The position numbers and the translations under genes are program-made. From the IMG/VR virus record IMGVR_UViG_3300017786_003484, positions 1-64,000 of that record: a DNA stretch of 64,000 bases. One strand, given 5' to 3'. The first letter of the stretch is position 1; each line of letters begins with the position of its first letter. This document shows, piece by piece, positions 58,474-64,000 of this stretch. Under the pieces are notes generated by a model, which was not told the DNA's origin, did not search any database, and saw only the letters and a program-made list of their open reading frames with translations.

Positions 58474-59976
58474 ATGGCAAATACCATTATTTTAAAAAGA
58501 TCCGCAACACAAGGCAACACCCCTACTACCTCACAACTTGAGCTTGGTGAAGTAGCAATCAACACATATGACGGTAAAGTTTACATTAAAAAATCTGTCT
58601 CTGGTTCAGCCAGTATTGTTGAGGTTGGTCCTGTTGTTAGTGTTAACGGTTCTACAGGAGCAGTAACAATTGGAACAGATGAAACTGCAGAAGGTTCAAC
58701 TAACCTTTATTACACAGATGCGAGAGCAAGAGCGGCAATTTCCGCAGGAACTGGCATCACATACAATTCAACATCAGGTGAGATTCAAACAGCTCAAGAT
58801 ATAACAACTGCAGGATCACCATCATTTGCTGGTTTAACATTAACTGGCAATGCAGAAACACTAAGTCTTATCCCAGCCTCAGACAACGTATACAGTTTAG
58901 GCTCGGCTACTAAAGCATATGCTGACATTTATGTTGGTCCAGGATCGCTTTACATTAACGGTAAGAAAGCAATCGAAGACGATTCAGATACAATGACGTT
59001 TTCTACAGATACAGACCAAGATTTAAGAATGAATACATCAGGTTCTGGTTCTGTTGAATTACTTGCAAGTGGAACAGGTAGCATTCAGGCTATGGGAACA
59101 CTTTCAATACAAACATCAAAGAGAATTGTTGACTCAGCAGGAGTTAATGTTGAATTTGGTAATCCAGTTCACATGAATTCTAATAAAATTACTAACTTAG
59201 CAGAACCTACAGCTAGTACAGATGGTGCAACTAAGAATTATGTTGATACAGCAATTACTAACTTAGTAGATGCTTCACCAACTACACTTGATACATTGAA
59301 CGAGTTAGCCGCGGCACTTGGTGACGATGCAAACTTTTCAACAACAATTACTACTTCAATTGCAACTAAGTTAAACTCAGCAGACTATACTGCCTCTGAT
59401 GTTTTAACTAAAATTAAAACAGTTGATGGAGCCGCATCTGGTTTAGATGCTGACATCTTAGATGGTCAACAAGGTTCTTACTACTTAGATGGTAATAACA
59501 TGATTAACATGCCAGCAACTGGTGTTACATCTGTTTCAACTGGAAACGGTTTAAGCGGTGGAGACATTACAGGAACAGGTACTTTAACAATGTCTGGATC
59601 TTACTCAGGAACATTTAGTGTTACTGGTGAAATTAAGGCAACTGGTGAAGTAACAGCTTACTTCTCAGATGAAAGACTTAAAAAAGATATCGTACCAATT
59701 GACGGAGCACTTAAAGGTGTTATGGCAATGGGTGGTTATAACTATAAAGCAAACGGTTTAGCTAAAGAACTTGGCGTTGAAAGAACTGACAATCAAATTG
59801 GACTTCTAGCACAAGAAGTTGAAGCACAATTTCCTGAGTTAGTTACAGAGTCTGCTTTAGAAGGTTATAAGACAATTAGATATGACAAGATGGTTACAGT
59901 TTTAGTTGAAGCAATGAAAGAGCAACAAGCAATGATTGAACAACTACAAGCTGATGTGAAGAAGACTTTACATTGA
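58474..59976 (+). CDS. Tail fibre with C-terminal intramolecular chaperone (peptidase S74)
   Basis: N-terminal IILKRS..P....LELGEVAINTYDGK; SGLDADILDG; C-terminal SDERLKKDI..GLLAQEVE..PELV..Y..LVEAMKEQQ. Confidence 0.88.
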   Translation: MANTIILKRSATQGNTPTTSQLELGEVAINTYDGKVYIKKSVSGSASIVEVGPVVSVNGSTGAVTIGTDETAEGSTNLYYTDARARAAISAGTGITYNSTSGEIQTAQDITTAGSPSFAGLTLTGNAETLSLIPASDNVYSLGSATKAYADIYVGPGSLYINGKKAIEDDSDTMTFSTDTDQDLRMNTSGSGSVELLASGTGSIQAMGTLSIQTSKRIVDSAGVNVEFGNPVHMNSNKITNLAEPTASTDGATKNYVDTAITNLVDASPTTLDTLNELAAALGDDANFSTTITTSIATKLNSADYTASDVLTKIKTVDGAASGLDADILDGQQGSYYLDGNNMINMPATGVTSVSTGNGLSGGDITGTGTLTMSGSYSGTFSVTGEIKATGEVTAYFSDERLKKDIVPIDGALKGVMAMGGYNYKANGLAKELGVERTDNQIGLLAQEVEAQFPELVTESALEGYKTIRYDKMVTVLVEAMKEQQAMIEQLQADVKKTLH

Positions 59977-60002
59977 TTTTTAAACTAATAGGAGTATAAG
60001 AT

Positions 60003-60215
60003 ATGGCAAACGCCTTTCCAGCTACTGGGTCTACAAAATCAATGGGTCGTATCAGAAGAGGATTTGTTGCTTCTGGTAGTCACTATGCAACTGGAGGCTT
60101 CACATTAAGAGGTACTTTAGGAGGCTACTTAGGTATTACTAGTGGCGCGGTATCAATTAGTTCAACATTTGGAGGTTACTACTCACCAAATTCAACTGAT
60201 GATTCTGACAACTAG
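60003..60215 (+). CDS. Small Gly/Ser-rich protein, likely fibre-associated
   Basis: 70 aa, AGGAG RBS, followed by a terminator. Confidence 0.7.
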   Translation: MANAFPATGSTKSMGRIRRGFVASGSHYATGGFTLRGTLGGYLGITSGAVSISSTFGGYYSPNSTDDSDN

Positions 60216-60246
60216 GCTTTAACACAGACCCTAATATAGAGTCACC

Positions 60247-60275
60247 GAAAGGAGCAGAAATGCTCCTTTCTTTAT
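60247..60275 (+). terminator. Rho-independent terminator
   Basis: GAAAGGAGCA-GAAA-TGCTCCTTTC, then TTTAT. Confidence 0.85.
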
Positions 60276-60331
60276 GGCTAGAACACCACATAAAAAGTTA
60301 GATATATAGTAACGAGTCAAAAGGAGGCACC

Positions 60332-60856
60332 ATGACAAAGTCAGTAGAAGAAATTATGAATGCGGTGTATAATATACAATCTGGTACCCCATTTAGAACA
60401 AGTTTTGAGAGAGAAAATTTTGTTTATAATGAAGCAGAAGGTCCTAGATTAGTACTAATTTTATGTCAAGACCTTACTCAGCTTTCTAACCATCATGAAA
60501 CAGCATGTCAATCGGAATGGGAAAAAGAAGCAGTAGTTAAAGAAATGAATATTGTACAAGAGAAGTTAAACGAAGTGATGGAAGAGCTTGGTATAACTAA
60601 TCCAGAAGAGTTTAATAATGCATTAGAAGAAGCAGAACCAGAGTATTGGTCAGAGACATTATCAAGACGTGCGGCAGTTGAAGCATTATCAAACAAACAA
60701 AGTACTGCTAATATGAGTGATATGTTAAACTTACCACTTGAAGTATATGAACAAACAATTATGAAAACGCAAACGTACCTCAATGTAGTTAATAAAACAA
60801 CCAGGGTAGCAGAACGTACAGCAAATAGAAGAGCACAGGACGAAGACGAAGAATAG
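60332..60856 (+). CDS. Hypothetical helical protein
   Basis: 174 aa, AAGGAGG RBS, EEAEPEYW motif. Confidence 0.7.
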   Translation: MTKSVEEIMNAVYNIQSGTPFRTSFERENFVYNEAEGPRLVLILCQDLTQLSNHHETACQSEWEKEAVVKEMNIVQEKLNEVMEELGITNPEEFNNALEEAEPEYWSETLSRRAAVEALSNKQSTANMSDMLNLPLEVYEQTIMKTQTYLNVVNKTTRVAERTANRRAQDEDEE

Positions 60857-60857
60857 A

Positions 60858-61505
60858 ATGTTCGGTAAGAATCTAAAAGCCGTGCCTGTAACCAGTAAAG
60901 GAAGTCATATTGCTATATGTATTCCAACTAATGGACTTTTACATTCTGAATTCGCATTTTTTCTAATTGACGCAATACGTTATACGGAAAGACAAGGATA
61001 CATAGTCGACATACTTATGGATCTTGGAACAGTATTAAGTAGTCAGAGGCAATTCTTAGCTAGGCGAGCTATCAATGATCATAATGCAGATTATATTATG
61101 TGGTTTGATAGTGATATGACATTTCCAGAAGATACGATTGTTAATTTATTAGAAAGAAATAAAGATGTAGTTTGTGCAACATATTCTAAAAGAGTAGAGC
61201 CCTTTCATGCAACTGCCTTTGAAGAAATTAATCCTGTTGTCCCAGTTGAAATGAGCGGTAGTTTAAAAAAAGTAAAGTATGCTGGAATGGGCTGTATGTT
61301 AGTTAAAGCAGATGTATATGCGTCAATTGACGCTCCGTGGTTTCCTTTAACATGGCATGAACAAACAGATAGCTGGCATGGAGAAGATATGGGATTTTGT
61401 ACAAAAGCTATTGAAGCCGGTTATGATATCTGGTGTGATATTGATCTTAGTGTTAACATTGGTCATTTAGGTCAACGAGAATTTTTGTTGAGTCGGGAAG
61501 ACTAG
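60858..61505 (+). CDS. Glycosyltransferase family 2-like
   Basis: IAICIP, YIMWFDSDM (DxD), GMGCMLV, GED..FC, IWCD..V..GH.G. Confidence 0.8.
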   Translation: MFGKNLKAVPVTSKGSHIAICIPTNGLLHSEFAFFLIDAIRYTERQGYIVDILMDLGTVLSSQRQFLARRAINDHNADYIMWFDSDMTFPEDTIVNLLERNKDVVCATYSKRVEPFHATAFEEINPVVPVEMSGSLKKVKYAGMGCMLVKADVYASIDAPWFPLTWHEQTDSWHGEDMGFCTKAIEAGYDIWCDIDLSVNIGHLGQREFLLSRED

Positions 61506-61878
61506 AAAAGAATCCACACCATCTATGCAACTTTTTTAAGTTAATCCCAGCACTAATATGAAATTCTGGTAGAGAAACATTATTAACAACATTCCTCATT
61601 AATACACCATCAATGACTGTACTTTTTACAAGTTTAGCCTTTAGGTTAGTATCTTCGCATATAATTTGTATAATTGGATGGTTCCAGTTTTCGTCAAATA
61701 TAATCTTTCTGGCTTCTAAGTACCAACGTTCTGTGTAGCAAATATTATCTTTATATAACTTGTTTAACAGAGGATTATTCAATCTTTCTTCGTTACACAA
61801 TGTAAATTGCATCTGTTTATGGGGACCACTGTAAAACTCAGCTGGAATTTTATCTTTAACTAATTTTAAACTCATCAC
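61453..61878 (-). CDS. Hypothetical protein
   Basis: 141-aa ORF downstream of the NUDIX gene. Confidence 0.55.
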   Translation of the reverse strand: MMSLKLVKDKIPAEFYSGPHKQMQFTLCNEERLNNPLLNKLYKDNICYTERWYLEARKIIFDENWNHPIIQIICEDTNLKAKLVKSTVIDGVLMRNVVNNVSLPEFHISAGINLKKLHRWCGFFSSLPDSTKILVDLNDQC

Positions 61879-62293
61879 TTAGTATACTCTTTAACGTTTC
61901 TTTAAATGCTCTGCTCTTGAACATTTTTCCTGTATTATAATGGAGTGGTGACGGCCATGAATTTAGTTTAACCCAACAGTATCCAGCACTCTCGTTGTTT
62001 AATATAGGATTAAATTCTTCCTCGCATAAAACAGCATAACTTACATGCCTAAAATGTCGATTTCTTGTTGTGAATGTATAGATATGACTGATACCAATAG
62101 TATCAGGAACTCCTGGATGTCCGAGTTCTTCGACTAGCTCTCTTTTAAGTCCTTCTAAGTCGCCTTCGTTGCCTATGAGTTTTCCTCCCCATAACCCCCA
62201 ACACATACTATGACGCTCTTCTTCACTTCTTAATTGCATCATCGCTCTTTGTGTTTTCTGACATATAATTAATGCTCCTACTGCTCTTAACAT
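61856..62293 (-). CDS. NUDIX hydrolase
   Basis: Nudix box GGKLIGNEGDLEGLKRELVEELG; LNNESAGYCW. Confidence 0.85.
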   Translation of the reverse strand: MLRAVGALIICQKTQRAMMQLRSEEERHSMCWGLWGGKLIGNEGDLEGLKRELVEELGHPGVPDTIGISHIYTFTTRNRHFRHVSYAVLCEEEFNPILNNESAGYCWVKLNSWPSPLHYNTGKMFKSRAFKETLKSILSDEFKIS

Positions 62294-62300
62294 GATAAAA

Positions 62301-63674
62301 CTAGTTAACTATCCTCCAATAACCTTGTTCAAATATTCCTTCTATTGCTATTACCCAAGTTTCTCCGTCGTAATACAACTTCTCACCTGAGTTAGCATTA
62401 GTAGTATACCCTATTGTGTTTACCGCCGTTGAGTCGAAACTGACTACCCAATCTGTACCATTATATTCAATAATATCGTCTTCTCCTGCTTCTAATAATC
62501 CCCACGGACCTCCATCAAATGGGACAATATTATTAACTAGTAGATATCTCTGACCGGTTGCTTCTGCTGGTAAATTTCCAACTCCGGGTTGTGATTTCTG
62601 TGGATTAATAATACCATTGATAGAAGTAATTGTATCATTTGGCAATGTATCTTGATTCAATGTAAAAGCAATTAGATTTTCGTTGCCACTTACAATAGCA
62701 TCACATATTAATATAACTTCGTCGGCTTCGTCTGCAAAAGCTGAACTTGGACCTATTCTTAATCTAATTTCTGTAATACCCGGTTTGAATCCACCATGCA
62801 AATTAAAATGGGTTGTCCAATTTAATAAATCTGTACCTTGTGTTCTATCAATATTAGTATTATCATTATTTAATAATTCAATATTATCTGAATTTACTTT
62901 AATATGTCTATTTTCAAAAGTAAGCCATTGTCTTTGTGTATTTCCGTTAAAATTAATATTTAAACTTTCAATACTTACATTATCAATATCTTCATATGCA
63001 GATTGTAATATACTATGAATAAGAACTTGTCTTTTAATTTTTGCAGGTGGTGTTAAGTAGATTGGTAATTGATATATCAAACTTGAAACATCAATAATAT
63101 CATCTTGTCCATTTGGAATCTGTCTTGCTGTCCATGTGGTATTGATTAACTCAACAACTCCTAAACTTGTCCAATCAAATGGATTATCACTACTTTGTAA
63201 GTTAACACTTGGATTAAAGAGCAATAGTATTTGCTCTAGTAATTGTAACTTTTGTTCTGTATTACTAGTCCATATATCAACATTAAGAGTTAGGTCATAA
63301 GGAATAGGAGATATTCTTTCTAGTGTATAAGACTCGCCAAGTTCATCTAAAAACTCATTATTATTAGAATCAAACTTCTTTTCTAATACTTGAGCTCTAT
63401 CAATATGAGTTGGATTTAATCTTCTTTCCGGACTAGGAATTAATTCTGAGATATAAACAGATATAAACGGAACAGTATTGATTTTATTTTCTGAATTTTC
63501 TTTAATAATATGAGATGCCATTCTGCTAGTATCGCCATATCTAACCGGTACTAAATGAAAGTAATCTGCTCCATTGTCGTCTTTACCCATCTTAACAGAA
63601 AATCCGCCAAATACTCTCATAAATTGTACTAGCCATCTTCTTATTTGTTGATCATAAAAATATGTTTGTGCCAT
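62301..63674 (-). CDS. Tail sheath stabiliser/terminator, T4 gp15-like, with C-terminal extension
   Basis: YFYDQQIRR, VPVRYG, PIPYDL...DIW..N..QKLQLLEQI..LFNP. Confidence 0.75.
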   Translation of the reverse strand: MAQTYFYDQQIRRWLVQFMRVFGGFSVKMGKDDNGADYFHLVPVRYGDTSRMASHIIKENSENKINTVPFISVYISELIPSPERRLNPTHIDRAQVLEKKFDSNNNEFLDELGESYTLERISPIPYDLTLNVDIWTSNTEQKLQLLEQILLLFNPSVNLQSSDNPFDWTSLGVVELINTTWTARQIPNGQDDIIDVSSLIYQLPIYLTPPAKIKRQVLIHSILQSAYEDIDNVSIESLNINFNGNTQRQWLTFENRHIKVNSDNIELLNNDNTNIDRTQGTDLLNWTTHFNLHGGFKPGITEIRLRIGPSSAFADEADEVILICDAIVSGNENLIAFTLNQDTLPNDTITSINGIINPQKSQPGVGNLPAEATGQRYLLVNNIVPFDGGPWGLLEAGEDDIIEYNGTDWVVSFDSTAVNTIGYTTNANSGEKLYYDGETWVIAIEGIFEQGYWRIVN

Positions 63675-63919
63675 TATTTTTTATCCTGTTTCAATATTTG
63701 TTTTTGCATTTCCTCAAGAGTTTCATTGTTTACACATTGTATATTTAACTCTGTTATGTTTGGAAAAGCCGATCTTAAACCTTTATCTAAACCGTCTGCA
63801 TATATTGTTTGGTATCCCTTGCAATCGTTAGCATTTTCAAATTTTAAAGACGTGTTTATTTTTAACTCAACCTCTTCAGATCCTGCAAACATTACTAAAG
63901 CCACTAGAAACCAAGTCAT
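63674..63919 (-). CDS. Small hypothetical protein with hydrophobic N-terminus
   Basis: 81 aa, MTWFLVALVMFAG, two Cys. Confidence 0.55.
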   Translation of the reverse strand: MTWFLVALVMFAGSEEVELKINTSLKFENANDCKGYQTIYADGLDKGLRSAFPNITELNIQCVNNETLEEMQKQILKQDKK

Positions 63920-64000
63920 CTAATCATCCGTCCTAGGTTTTTTAAATACTTTAGATAAAGTTTGCTTTTCGCTAGTAATACCTTTTTCGTCTGCTGGATT
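63920..64000 (-). CDS. C-terminal end of an upstream gene (possibly neck protein)
   Basis: Open frame ...EKQTLSKVFKKPRTDD* abutting the next ATG. Confidence 0.45.
   Translation of the reverse strand, partial: NPADEKGITSEKQTLSKVFKKPRTDD

Noticed and set aside
1-64000. Stop-codon reassignment
   Set aside because: Conserved genes are full length in code 11 and end in TAA, TAG (MCP) and TGA (protease); coding density is high
1-64000. tRNA genes, integrase, transposase, homing endonuclease
   Set aside because: No cloverleaf or recognisable motifs found by eye; tRNAscan/HMM searches not run

Overview
AT-rich, gene-dense 64-kb segment of a large (probably jumbo) T4-like myophage genome, standard genetic code. 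Left arm (1-33.2 kb, all minus strand): thyX, a delta-9-type fatty acid desaturase, and a tightly coupled tailoring-enzyme cluster (2 GNAT-like proteins, a PP-loop/SGGLDS protein, a cupin/2OG-Fe hydroxylase-like protein, a SAM methyltransferase, 4-5 glycosyltransferase-like proteins). This cluster lies directly downstream of tail/baseplate genes (2970-aa virion protein; gp6-, gp25-, gp5-, gp27-, gp53-like). Centre (33.3-38.4 kb, plus strand, sigma70-type promoter): gp55-like late sigma factor, MazG-like protein, gp47/gp46 nuclease, Hc1-like protein, Holliday junction resolvase. Then a ~570-bp ORF-free, highly structured spacer, and a gp26-like gene with a likely programmed -1 frameshift. Right arm: tape-measure-like protein, portal, scaffolds, prohead protease, major capsid protein, holin-like protein, four modular tail-fibre proteins (one with a reelin-repeat-like domain), a second glycosyltransferase, a NUDIX protein and a gp15-like protein. 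Best leads: (1) candidate large structured ncRNA or origin at 38.36-38.89 kb; (2) a late-expressed virion glycosylation/methylation cluster plus a possible lipid-acyl pathway; (3) the T-TTT-TTT -1 frameshift fusing gp26-like and gp51-like ORFs; (4) TA(A/C)(A/G)TA-N5-ATG late promoters implying leaderless mRNAs; (5) strong GCWGC avoidance. All family calls come from motif recognition by eye; no database search was run.
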